Origin: Perna viridis
Lineage: Eukaryota
Direction of reading: 5' to 3'
Assembly (NCBI GenBank): GCA_037379345.1
Contig: CM074513.1
Location: forward strand, 59,995,195-60,059,194
DNA length: 64,000 nt
Position 1 is the first letter of the stretch. Every line of letters begins with the position of its first letter. Of the stretch, positions 1 to 13,500 are shown piece by piece. A program made the position numbers and the translations under genes. Under the pieces are notes generated by a model. It made no database searches, was not told the origin of the DNA, and worked only from the letters and a program-made list of their open reading frames with translations.

Positions 1-526
1 GGCAACATCCCTTCAGCACCTGCGTATGGAGTGTTCATATCAAAACTCATACGTTATGCCAGAGCTTGCCGAAACTACGCAGACTTTTTGTATCATGCTA
101 GAAGACAAATAGGCTTCTGAACAGGGTTATGTTGCTACAAGATTGACATCATCACCAAAGAAGTTGTATGGTCATCATGAACTCGTGGATCGTTATGATA
201 TATCCATCTGCACCATGAAAACTGATTTATTCAACAGGTCATTATTTTCCTTTCCTCATTTGTCTATCCCGGACTTGACTTTTTATGAGCAATTCGGCGG
301 GTGTTTCTAGAAAAGCAGAGGACGCTTACCCTACTGGTACACTTGGTCCATGCTCCTAGTTTTTGGTGTCCTAGTCCAAGTTGCTCATTTACTTTTGTTA
401 CTTTATATGTATGATTTTAGTTACTTTATGTTCTTTGTTGTGTATGTCTGTTTTCCATGTCTGGTCTTTGTCCCTGGATTACATTCTTTTGATTACCCCT
501 ATAACCTTGGTTCTCTTGATTACTCT
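1..526 (+). mobile_element. Penelope-like (Naiad-type, C-terminal RT) element, 3' fragment, copy A
   Basis: Encodes GNIPSAPAYGVFISKLIRYARAC...YGHHELVDRY, then a 3' UTR ending ccttgattactct; same family as 24109 and 52443. Confidence 0.8.
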
Positions 527-1083
527 TTAACCAGGTGAGCGATTCAGGCCTCTTGTTTCATTCAATTTTCTCATTTACAAATCTGTAGTGAAGATCTTTA
601 AGGAACCAATATTACATTGTCAGTACAGAAGGTTAATCTGGCAGATCTGCCTTCATCATTTTGTGTTTCCTTTGTAGCCAATAACTGTCCAAAAAATCTT
701 GATAGCTTTCATAGTTTTTTTCTTTAGGATTTTTATTTGAAATTATTACTTAATAATAATTCAAAATATTGCATGTGCAAACACTTTTGTTTAAAAAACT
801 GCTGTGTTGTTTGTTGTTTCCCTGCAAAGAACATAACATAAAAACATTGTTATAGCAGCCCTCCCTGTCCTCCTCCCATAAAAACAGTCACCCCATAACA
901 AGAAATGTACATCTACATATATTTGGCATATCCATGTATCTATTACTTTTGATATAATTTGATCAATTTAAAGCTTAAAGGCAGATCATCTGTTTAATGT
1001 GATCAAGTCCTGCCTGAGCGACCAGGTCCTCTTAGGTAGCAATTAAATTAGTTTCACCACAAGATTTCTTACAGAAGTTACCA

Positions 1084-1280
1084 AAAATAAGTATGACCTG
1101 CTCTGTGTACATATCAAATGGGAAACCGTAAGTTGCACTGTACACGGAAAATAAGTATGACCTGCTCTGTGTACATATCGAATGGGAAACCGTAAATTGC
1201 ACTGTACATGGAAAATAAGTATGACCTGCTCTGTGTACATATCAAATGGGAAACCGTAAGTTGCACTGTACACAGAAAAT
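1084..1280. repeat. 64-bp tandem repeat x3
   Basis: aaaataagtatgacctgctctgtgtacatatcaaatgggaaaccgtaagttgcactgtacacgg. Confidence 0.9.
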
Positions 1281-1430
1281 GATGAAATTACCACTGTTTT
1301 TAGTACCTTGGAGCATTGTCTCACCCCTACTTAAAAAGTTCTAAATTGTCTGAGGTCATCAACTGAGAAATTCTGATGGCATGCATTTTACAGATACTTC
1401 CTTTGACAGAAATTGCTGTTTATTTTTCAG

Positions 1431-1579
1431 AGGGAATTCCTAATGTGTATTATTTTGGACCATGTGGCAAATACAATGCATTAGTATTGGAGTTATTAGG
1501 ACCTAGTCTAGAGGATCTTTTTGATCTTTGTGATAGGAAATTCTCACTGAAAACTGTCTTAATGATAGCAATTCAGTTG
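1431..1579 (+). CDS. CSNK1G: CK1 gamma exon ([49 protein letters not shown])
   Basis: tttttcag acceptor; ttg|gtaagt donor; CK1 kinase subdomains IV-V. Confidence 0.96.
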
Positions 1580-4500
1580 GTAAGTTTGTTATTTTTTGCC
1601 ATTTCTGTTTTCTTTTCATTTGCACAGTTTTTAATGGTAAACAACAGAATTATTGGTTTAAATTTAGTGTTCACATCTTTGCAGTGAAATGCTGAGTTAG
1701 TGGTAGACTGTAGCCAAATCTTGTTGAGCTCGACATTTGAATGTGGGTAATCAAATCCCATTCAATTATGCTGTACATTAGCCACAAGTTTATCAATGCC
1801 TTTATTCCTTTACACATTTTTAAACAGTGTGGCTAATGCAAATTGCCTACTAATGCTAACAGTAAAGGTTAATAGACGTGTGGCCTATCATGTTTGTAAA
1901 ATCAAAATACATGTAATTCAAAAATCTACAATTGGTACATGTGCAGAGAAAGTTTCATTAAACTTCACAACACAACTTCTTCATTCAAAGTAAAATTTAA
2001 TACAATGCTGGTATCAACTAATTCAGCAATGACATGGAAGATAAATCACATAAATACATTGTACATTGTTGATTATGGTGTAGTTGTTGGAAGTGTATGA
2101 CCTAGTGAATGTTGTATGTATAATTACATTAATTATGTCATAAGGTTATATCATTGTCATTTCTAGTCTGATATCAAATATATTGTCATGGTTGGGTGAA
2201 TTTTATTTAGGTTTTGTTTTGACCCTGTTAGAGAAAGACAATTGAACAAACATGACAGAATTAAAAGTAATTTTATAAGGATTACATTTTTTCAATATGG
2301 AATGAAATGTTCATTAGATGGAACAGTACTGATATTGACATTTAAATTGAACTGATCTTTGTTTTTTTGGGGGTTTTTCATAAACTTTTCCTTCTTGCAC
2401 CTCTTTGATAAGAAAGTATTTATTTTTTATAAGGCCACAAAAATTCTGTGCTCATATAATGTTATTGGCACTGTTGACCATTCATTTTGAGGGCTGTGAG
2501 TTGAACCAGTTAGAAATTAGGGCCAGAAACAAACATTTTCCTGATGTCTATATGATAACTTGGGTGAAAGGGAAGGAATCTCTTTGGAGTTGTACCACAA
2601 TTTGATGAAGTTCTACACCCTCATTGGAAGGTTGTGATAGATTTTTTTAGGCTGTGACTTGAACCTAAATTATTGAGGAAACAATGATAATCTATTGGTT
2701 GTTTACTCTTTCAAATGAGTTATCCTACAAATTATTTGTGACTAGTCACTTAAACCCAGTTGACTGTGGTTACAGTATGTACATTGTATTCTCTGTCACT
2801 GATTGGCCAATATTGTATATTTGGTTATTCTGTGGTTAATAACCAAAATGACCTAAGATAACCTGTCTGTTGGCTATCAGTAATTATTGAAAGGTAATCT
2901 TCCTCAGGCAGGTGTATATCTGACCTGTTCATCTCCTAATTATAATAAATCATTGTCACAAGTCATATGTGGTCAGACTTCTGTTTTAACAGTTGAGATA
3001 TGTACTGTACACATCCTAACCAAATTAATGGTAAAATCACAACAAATCAGGAAGCATCTCAAATTTTAGGTTTCTTGTATTATGTGAAATATAATGAATT
3101 TGCATACATCACCAAAATTTTAAATTTTATATGTAACTGTGGTATGTTGGTTTGTTAAAATTGTGTGACTTATGTTTCCATCACAAATATCAACTTATTA
3201 ACAACGGGGTCATTTGAGTGTCATTTCATCTGACTTCATTTTTCAAAATTGTTTCAATTTTTTCAGTCATATTTAGGTAATGTCACCATACTGTCTTAAG
3301 ACACCATGTTTTGGTGTGATCATTTGAGTAATATCAGGTGGATAAATTTTATAGTAAAGTTCCAGGTTGGTATTGATACTTATACACTGTCACTTGAATT
3401 CGTGAGGTATTATGGGATACCTTCCGAAAAAATTGTATTTGATTGTTTGTTCATCAGTCCAGCATATCAGTTTTTTACACTTTTTTGTCATGCTTGCAGG
3501 TATCTGTGATATTTAGAACATTGCTTACCGATCAAGTTCAAATTTTTTTCTGGTCTGTTCATTTTTTGCTGAGTCATGAGCTTTGGATTTACAAAATAAA
3601 TTCAGAGTCAGTGTTATTACAGCAGTGAGTGAAACTTTTTTTTTCCACCATATTAGTGAGTACTTGACATTTCAATTCACAAAAATAATCTCACTTGCAT
3701 GGTATAAGTACCCTTGAACATGACATGTCAGGTCAACAGAAATGTTGAGGGATTTTTAAGATAAATAAATTTCCAGGATCATAACATACTAGTTGGGAAA
3801 TGAGCACTTGCCACCTTAGCGAATGTTCATACTGCTCAATAATTAGCACTAGCCAAAAGTAATTTTTAGTTGCCTTTTAGGAGTTGGCTAGTGGAGGTTT
3901 CACACACTGATAACTGTAGATATGCACATGTATGGTTGTATCCATTTCAGTAGATTTAAAAGAACCAGTGACAAAAAAAAATATTCAACTACTCACCTTT
4001 TAATTATAAAAGAAATACACATGAAAGTTTTGTAATATTAGCGTTCATATTTTGTGAAGTACCAGTATCACCTGTTATGCTTTGCATGTTATGATTTTAA
4101 TCTATGTATCCATAATATCTTTTCAGCTTACAAGGATGGAATTTGTGCATTCTAAACATTTAATTTATAGAGATGTTAAGCCAGAAAACTTCTGTATAGG
4201 AAGACAGTCTACAAAGAAACAGCATATAATACATATAATAGACTTTGGTTTAGCCAAGGAATATATAGACCCTGAAACACATAAACATATCCCGTATAGG
4301 GAGCACAAAAGTCTCACCGGAACAGCTAGATATATGAGTATTAATACTCACTTAGGAAAAGGTAGGCTCAAATAGATGCCGTCACTTGTTAGTTTTAACT
4401 GTTATGAAGTCCCCTCCAATGGAGAAATTATGTTGGAAACAGTTACACCATAATATACACATATTTATAGGTTACTTTAAACATGCTAATACCCTACACA

Positions 4501-7500
4501 AAATGAATTTTAGCATGCGGTAACAGGATAGCCAAGGGAGAAAACCATTTATCATTACTTACTATCACATCAGCATTGAGTGTCTTGCTAGGGAAAACCT
4601 ATATTTCAGATGCCACATTTTGTCCAAATGTATTCCAAGTTCAGCTCAGTAATTCCTTGTTTGAAGAATAACACTGTGAAGATATTTTATACCTGGGTAC
4701 CAATTTTCGTTGTTTCATGAAAAATTGTTCTAAACATTTTTATTGCTTTTACAAGTTGTTTAAATCAACACTAATTGCATTACTATTTATGATTACAACT
4801 GGTTTTAACCAGATCACCAACAAAGAAAAACTGACTAGCTTCTCAAGCTCTTCTACAGTAGTAACCCAGGTTAATAGTGCTGCAGACAAGTATGAAAAAA
4901 AGCGTTAGTTTTTGAGTTTAATGGGCCTAGAGAGTATACGGCTATATTATATGTCAATGGAAAGATAAATCAATGCAGTTTTTGAATATCCTTCCTTTTA
5001 AACTGAAAAGTGGTAGAGTTTTCTGCTATTTTGCATTAACTAGAGGTGAGGTCAAAGATCAATCGACCCCAATACCCTTTGATAAGTAATTTAAGTGAAA
5101 TAATTTATTGTAGATATGAGGAAACAAGTAACATGTAAAGGTCACATGTATAGAATTTCAAAAAATGTAAAAAGGAACTTTTTCTGTCGAAACTATTTAA
5201 TCACAGAATAAAATTGCCCCTAAAAATGGTTTTTGTATGTGCAAAAAAAAAGGTCTTTTCATCGAAACGTAAGGTAGACTTGATACTTTACATGTTCATA
5301 GAACAGTCTGGAAAGTAGACAAATTGTCCAGAAACAATTCTGTGTCGTACAATTTTAGTACAATTAATAGTTTATATATGTGAAAATATGCAACTTCAAA
5401 CTCATTTTGCAAAGCACATGTTGCAGATCGAATCGAGAAGGTTGTGTTTATTTTATTTGTAATTCAGTAAAGAATATTTAGATAAACATTGTAATATTCT
5501 ACGGTGTCTTATTATCTCTTAATCATTGAAAATGCACTAAAATGCAACCAATTTTAGGGACATTTTTGTTCTGTGATTAAATGGTCAACTTTTGACGGAA
5601 AAACTTCCTTTTTCACATTTTTGAAATTCTATACATATGATCTTTACATGTTACTTGTTTTCTGTTACTTACAATGAACGATTTCACTTCAATCACTCAT
5701 CAAAGTGTATTGGGGTCGATTGATCTTTGACCCCCTCCTTTAATTAATGCAAAATAGCAGAAAACACTAACACTTTTCAGTAAAAAAAGAATGATATTCA
5801 AAAATTACATTGATTTATCTTTCCATTGACATATGATACAGCCGTATACCCTCTAGGCCCAAAAAAGTTAGAAAAATCCTTAGCTGTGCGCAGCACTGTA
5901 ACTTAAGACTTTACTAAAAGAGCTTTTGATGTTACTCAGTGGTTATCGAAGGCCTTTAAATACAGACCAGATAGTTGGAACGGGAAATCACATGCAAAAG
6001 TAAACAACCCAGACCCTACTTGAAAATGAGATGACCTTTTTAGTACTTGTACAATTTAATTCAACTGGCATAAAATGAACACTTACAATTTACGGATGAC
6101 TTACACATAAAAAATTAAATATGTTTTAAGGGATTCACATTCATCTTTGAGAAATGCATGGTCATTTTGTTGGTCACCCTTTAGAAATATGTATGTCACA
6201 AAAACAAATCAACAGTGTCGGAGGTCAACATCCCATGGTCTGTAGGTTTTATTCATTGGATTCTTAAATTCATGGATTAGCCCACCAATGAAAGCAACAA
6301 AAATGTGTACCCAACGAACATTAATACTAGCCATGAGTGCTGGAGGTCATGGGTTCTATCCCCAACTGAGACTCACCAAAGACTTTAAAATTGGTAGTCC
6401 CTGCTTCTCCAACAAGCATGTGGTATTAATGGGGATAGACTGGTTTTGCATGCAGTTAATATAGTGTGCCGAATGGGATGGCATGCCTACCTACAACGTT
6501 TTTTAGCACAATAAAAATCCTGCTCAGCTTGTTGGACTAGTACTAAGTAGGGTCTGTTTGATTGGTTAATCATACTTCTCCTGAAATGCATGAAATATCT
6601 GCCAAAGTATGTTAAACAGCAATCAGTCAATCCTCAGATTTGACATATTTTTTCTTCTAATAATGTAGATTTAAATTCTCATGTAATATCAAGGTTTCAT
6701 GGATTTTTTTTTTTTTTTTTTTTTCAGAACAAAGTAGACGGGATGATTTAGAAGCATTAGGCCATATGTTTATGTATTTCCTTAGAGGAAGTTTACCATG
6801 GCAGGGTCTTAAAGCAGATACCTTAAAGGAAAGATATCAGAAAATAGGTGATACAAAAAGGGCTACACCTATTGAAGTTTTATGTGAAAACTTCCCAGGT
6901 ATTTATTATTGTGAACCACAGTTACATATTAAGCTGCTATGAGTACAGTTATAAGGAATCATTGTGGAAAACAAACGATCTCTTGAACTGTCAAATATGA
7001 TGGTAAAGACACTTTAAAAAATCATATAGTGTTCACAAATAATCAAATTAATACCATTAATAAGTTAGTGAATCTCTCTCTTAAATGTTTAGAAATTTGT
7101 CTAAAAAAATTTCATAATGACCAATTCAGAAACTTTCATCAAAGCAAAAAAGCTACATCTCTGTCAAATGTAGTAACACCTGCTAAACAGACCCACATGT
7201 TATTTGATTAGAATTCTTCTGACATTTTAAAAAAAAATCTACTTTTGGTAATGGTTAAACAAGGCATTCTTGGCCAATCCTGGAACTGTTTGAACGATAA
7301 AATTACTATGATTTAAAATAATGCTTGCCACAGATGAAATTATACTAAATAAAATTTAGCAAAAACAGTTAATGACATGAAAGGGAACCTACTCACACTA
7401 ACACCAGATGCCTTCCTCATATTACGACAAAAAATATCATACGATATCGTGTAGCTGAACTCTACTGAAGTCCAGCTACAGATATATATGATATTGTTTT

Positions 7501-10500
7501 ACCCAAACCAAACCATTTCATCACCCTTTCCATCAGTACATTTTTTTTGTCATTAAATGATCTCGGGTTGATCTCAAATGTGGCTTTGTATAGATCAGAT
7601 GGGGATGTGTAAGTTGTAAGCAGTTTTGGTTGCTGTTTGATATCAACTTCCTGTTTCATTGGACTTTCTCATGTTTCTTTCTATTAAAAAATAGAAAAAT
7701 TTAGTTATAAAAATCTCTCTCCCACAGATTGATTTCATATTTGGTATGTAGCTTTTACCACTCTATATTCTTGAATTTACTTAAGGACTTACATGGGTAT
7801 TTAGGTTCATTAGAAACTATTGTCTGGCTAGATTGGCATGCATTTAAATAATTTTGTAATTGCTTGAAATACATTAATTATTTTTACTCACAACAATAAA
7901 AATTCAAGGTTTGATTTATTTGTTTACATGCGTTGTGTTTGATTTCAGATGAACTTGCCACCTATCTGAGATATGTACGACGTTTAGATTTCTTTGAGAC
8001 CCCAGATTATGATTACTTAAGAAAACTCTTCACGGACCTGATAGATAAGATGAATTATGATTTGGACTGGGACTTTGATTGGACTGGTCGACAGGTGAAC
8101 ATTTATTTTGTATTGTTAGATATTTGCTCTTTAGATTTGAAATTCTTTTGCTTCTTAGTAATTCTCTAATAAATATAAAATAAGTAGTTACTTGAATTAA
8201 CTATTGAATATAGTTTATTGTACAGTGTCTACCAATAAGTCTTGTTATTGTTTCTAGGAAGCAAACAAAGAGGTATGGATAGGGCTATATTATAATAATC
8301 AGATCAAACCTTCTATATATACCAAAGACGTGTAATGTCAGTTCATACATAATGAATATTTCCATTTAATTACGTCTTTGATGATAATTTTTGTCAGCAT
8401 CTGTCATTACCTCATCATTCTAAGTTCTTCATGCACAACCTTGTTTACCAGTAGACAAATTAATGTTTGCTTGGCACATTTATTGGTATTGTTTGTTATA
8501 TATATTAACCCCATATGTCATTTCAGAATATGATACTTACAGTTGTTATATCCACCGAAAAATCTGAATAATAATCTCAAGTCATTGCATGATTACAAAT
8601 TAATAATTTAGTGTAAATATGCCTTACAGATTGAATTATTGTAGACTTTTGTTTGGAAAATAATTTTAGATATTAGAATAATAGAATAACCATTTCAATT
8701 TTTTAATACCTGGGTGTAAAATAATCTTTTTTAAAATGTATGAATACCTATTTAGGTCATTATATAACTGGGGTGTAATCAATTTTTGTCTACTGTATTT
8801 TGTTGAGTATAATGCACATATTTTTACATAGAAATCCAGAGCATAGGGGTGCATATTATGCATCAATATATTAGAATTGGCCACAAAATGAAAGATTTTC
8901 GTACAAGAAAAGAGATCGGCGGGAAAATGGTGGACTTGTCAAATTTTTTCTTAATTAATCAACTAATAAACGTATGAAAATTCTCCGAGTTACTTCAATT
9001 AATTCATATATGCAATGGGGCTCCATGTGTACTGTTAATTATGCAATCAACTAATCAGTTACAGGTAAATCACAGTCACAGGTAACTGCACATCTGCTAA
9101 AATTGACACACCTGTCAATTAATTTCCAATAAACAATTAGGAGACTAGTAGATGGGATGTTTATACAATAATAAACCATACATACTGTAATTTATAAAGG
9201 TTGACAATTTTTTATGTCTAATATTGGAAAATGGTCGTCGGTCATTTGCAAAATGTGTTGGTCAATGACCGGCATTTATTACAGTTTCTGGACCCTTTGG
9301 TTGCACCTATTTTCACAAAACTTGAAAAAAATAGTTTATTACTAATAATGTAAGCCTCTTTTTTGATGTTCATATATTGTATGTCCAATAATTTATCAAT
9401 CAAATCCTGAGCTGTATCAAGCTTGAACTTTGTGACCATATTTGCCTCATCTGTGTAGGGTTTGACCTCTCTAGGCATATCTACCTGTGCTCCATGGAGC
9501 ATTGTATTCAGTGTTTGTCATCATGGATGGAATCTCTGCTTTGTTTTTCATTGAGAAAGGAGAGTGGACATCATACATGCTCAACCACAGCTGTTGATGA
9601 AATTTGAAATAACTTAATTGTTTAAGTGAATTTGCTTTTCCAAATTGAAGAAATTATATTTGTAAAGCTCTTGCAAGGTGTTAATGTCCTGATTTTGTAT
9701 CTTGGTTATATTGCCTATCATTTCTTCAGGAATAGGGAATACTTCCATGTGTACATTTCTTTCATAAGATCAATGTGATGTTTGATAAAACTTGATTTAT
9801 CATTTTAGCCAACACCTTCAGAATCTTCAGCACCAAAGGAAGATGCAGCTCAGCCTGCAAAGGTGAGACAGCACAAGGTAAATACTGTTTGGTTCAGGTG
9901 ACACAGGTGTGTTATATAGGCAAATAATACACAGCCCTGGCATTAGTTAAATGAATTCTGCTTCAAATAAACAAATATAGTTTCCAATCAAATGGTGTTC
10001 TGGTTTTGGAAGTTTTGGGTAATCTAGTTCATTATCAGTTAAAAGTACAGGAATGTAAACTTGAGTGTTTGTACCATGATATTACACTGTTGACATACAT
10101 ATGTATGTTTCATCATCTGTTGACACCTTGAATTTCTTGTCAAACTGAAATATAAGTATTTGGATCTTATAACACTTTAAATGAGGTTCTATGTCATAAA
10201 AGGAATGTTGATTGTTATTTTTGTGGTTTGTGCTCAAATGTTAAGGTATTAGACTGAAAGGGGCGTATAAAAAAGCATTGTATACAAATTTAGCAGTAAA
10301 ACATGGGTACATGTGTATGGGTCTTTATGATACTGTACCACAAAGTTCAATACCACAAAGGTCAGACCTTAAACATGAAGGAATAAGGGCCCTTTTTCTA
10401 GTTCCAGAACAATATCTCGATAAAAAGTGTAGGAATCTCAATGTTATCTACAGCTATATTATGCTTGAATGTTATTGTCCAAACTGTTCTAGGTTCAACC

Positions 10501-13500
10501 ACTGCAGTTGTATTGAGCTGTGTGAAGCAATAGAATTAATTTACTTAGTGCCAGGGGTATCAACATCATATTGTTCCTGTTAGTAGGTGGAAGTTCTAGT
10601 CTATTTGAGAATGATTTATTGATCTTTTATTTATAATTTTTTTTTAATCATCTTTACAATTATTTTAAATTAGTTTGGTTGAAATCACTGTCAATTCTTT
10701 CTCAAACAGACTAGCACAGAAATTACTTGTATAATTTAGGGACATTGCTTCCAAGCTATTTTTTTTTTTTTCATTCTTTCATGATATCAGACATTTATTG
10801 ATCTTATCACATGATTGAAATATACTTGTCTTGTCCTGTCTGTGCCTTGTATCATTATCTTTCCATATCAAAGTTTATGGACTGGTTACTTTATGTATCC
10901 TAAGTATTGGAGATTGAAGAAGTGAAAAGATAATGAACCAAGACTTTGTTTTGACTAACATTATTTCTTTACTAATATATTTTAAGTAGAGAAAAGTCAT
11001 TCCTAAATCTTCACATAAAGTGGAATGAAATGAATCTATGAAATCATAGTTGTCTATAGCAGTCATCATTTATTACAACCAGTGATTTAGGAATGACTGT
11101 AGTTTCAGACTGTGTAATGTTAAAATTCCTGTTGTAAATCTTTCTCAGTTAGGTTCATGTAGGAAATGTTTGGTGACAAATGAGCCTTTTGTATTAGGTC
11201 CATTCTATAGTTAGCTGTGTTCCAGGAAAAGAAGCTGTCATCATTTTATGTCTTAAACAGTAACTGACATTCCATGACCTTTGCCCTGTCATATCGAATA
11301 CATGTAATTTATAAATATGGACGATAAGTTGTATAGTAGATTTCTGTAGCAATTTAATGTTGTTGCATATAAATTCCCCATATGTTAAACATCAACACAC
11401 TCTGCTTCTTACATATAGTATTGTTAACAGCTGTCAAATGATTCATCAATTTTAGATTTGTAGTTTTAATTATTTTGAGCATTGAAATGTTATGTATTAA
11501 AATATAAATTTAAATATGGACTTTTAATTGATGTTTAAGTTTGAAAAGTACAAGTGTAAGATACAGGCTATATTAGAAAAAAAAAGGGAAAGTAAATTGT
11601 AAATACCATGTGACGAGTGCCATATTGAACATCTTGTGATGCAAATATGGTATTTACGATGGCTAAGTTAATAATATTTGACAATTTACTGTGAGGTGCA
11701 ATATCAGTATGACACATTAATGTTGGACAGAAAGAAAATGTCTATTGAGGTGTGATAACAGTATGTCACATTAGTGTTGGACAGATAGACAATGTCTATT
11801 GAGGTGTGATTGGATAGATAGACAATGTCTACTGAGGTGTGATATCAGTATGACACATTAGTGTTTGACAGATAGACAATGTCTATTTAGGTGTGACATC
11901 AGTATGTCACATTAGTGTTGGACAGATAGACAATGTCTACTGAGGTGTGATATCAGTATGTCGCATTCGTGTATTTGAGGAATTCTTTAGTCTAAGTCAA
12001 TATTCATGACCTACTGACTTATTAATGTATGATGTATTATCTTTTAGTAACTTTGACTCATTATGGCCCAAAAAATAATAGTATCCACTTTGTTATGTCT
12101 AATACAGAAGACAGTGATGGCATTGAAATTCTGGAAATCCCAGAAATTGATCTTTTTTTCAATGTGGTCAAAATAACTTTAGGATCACCATAAAAAAGTC
12201 AGTTAGGTAACAGACATGATTTTCTTCTGGTTTAAAGCCGAATACCACTTTTTCAAATCTAAATTTAACCATTAAGGTCTTTTTTCTGCTGAACGCTTAC
12301 TTTGGATGGCAGCAATTTTTTTTTTTTTTTTTGGTTGGTTTTCTGAAATCATGTCTTGGGTAACAGGAAACAATGCTAATGTTTTAACATAGGTTTGCAA
12401 CTGTACACTGATGGTGTGTGTTACACTAACTCATTGGTTAGAATCTTCCACTGTTGGTGTGCTACACTGACTCGTAAGTTAACACCATCCAATGATAGTG
12501 TGCTACACTGACTCATTGGTTAGCTTCTTCCACTGTTGGTGTGCTACACTCACTCATTGGTTAGATTCTTCCACAGTTGGTGTGCTATACTGACTCATTG
12601 GTTAGATTCTTCCACAGTTGGTGTGCTACAATGACTCATTGGTTAGATTCTTCCACTGTTGGTGTGCTACACTGACTCATTGGTTAGATTCTTCCACAGT
12701 TGGTGTGCTACACTCACTCATTGGTTAGAATCTGCCACTGTTGGTGTGCTACACTGACTCATTGGTTAGATTCTTCCACAGTTGGTGTGCTACACTCACT
12801 CATTGGTTAGAATCTGCCACAGTTGGTGTACTACACTGACTCATTGATTAGAATCTGCCACAGTCATTGTGTTACACTAACTCATTGGTTAGCTTCTTCC
12901 ACTGTTGATGTGCTACACTGACTCATTGGTTAGATTCTTCCACAGTTGGTGTGCTACAATGACTCAATGGTTAGATTCTTCCACTGTTGGTGTGCGACGC
13001 TGACTCATTGCTTAGAATCTTCCACTGTTGGTGTGCTGCACTGACTCATACGTTAAAACCATCCATTGATAGTGTGCTACACTGACTCATTGGTTAGAAT
13101 CTTCCACAGTTGGCGTGCGATGCTGATTCATTGGTTAGAATCTTCCACAGGTGATATGCAACACTGGCTCATTGGTTAACATCTCCCATTGTTGGTGTTA
13201 GTGTGGCTGACACTTTTTGTAATTTGTTTTGTGAAGGGCAGTATTTGAAGACTATTAAGAAGCATGAGTGTTAATTAGGTCTAGGAATCATAGTAGGTAA
13301 CATAATATTTGACAGCTCTTACTTTCCCTGGGTTATGATGTAAACTGTTGTAACAAACCACTGAGATTGTCAACTAATTTGCCTTTCAGACAAGTACATA
13401 TCAATCAGGCAATGCATGGGGTGAGCCCCGGCACACGGGTAATTATCTGGGTGCCAACCTAGCTGCCGATAGACTTGGGGGATCTGTTCAGGTACGCATT

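Noticed and set aside
350-538. Short hydrophobic ORFs (also 24270-24473 and 52515-52795)
   Set aside because: They lie in the T-rich 3' UTR of the Penelope-like repeat, and frames are not conserved among copies.
6330-6370. tRNA gene
   Set aside because: Only a decayed B-box-like SINE head; no cloverleaf.
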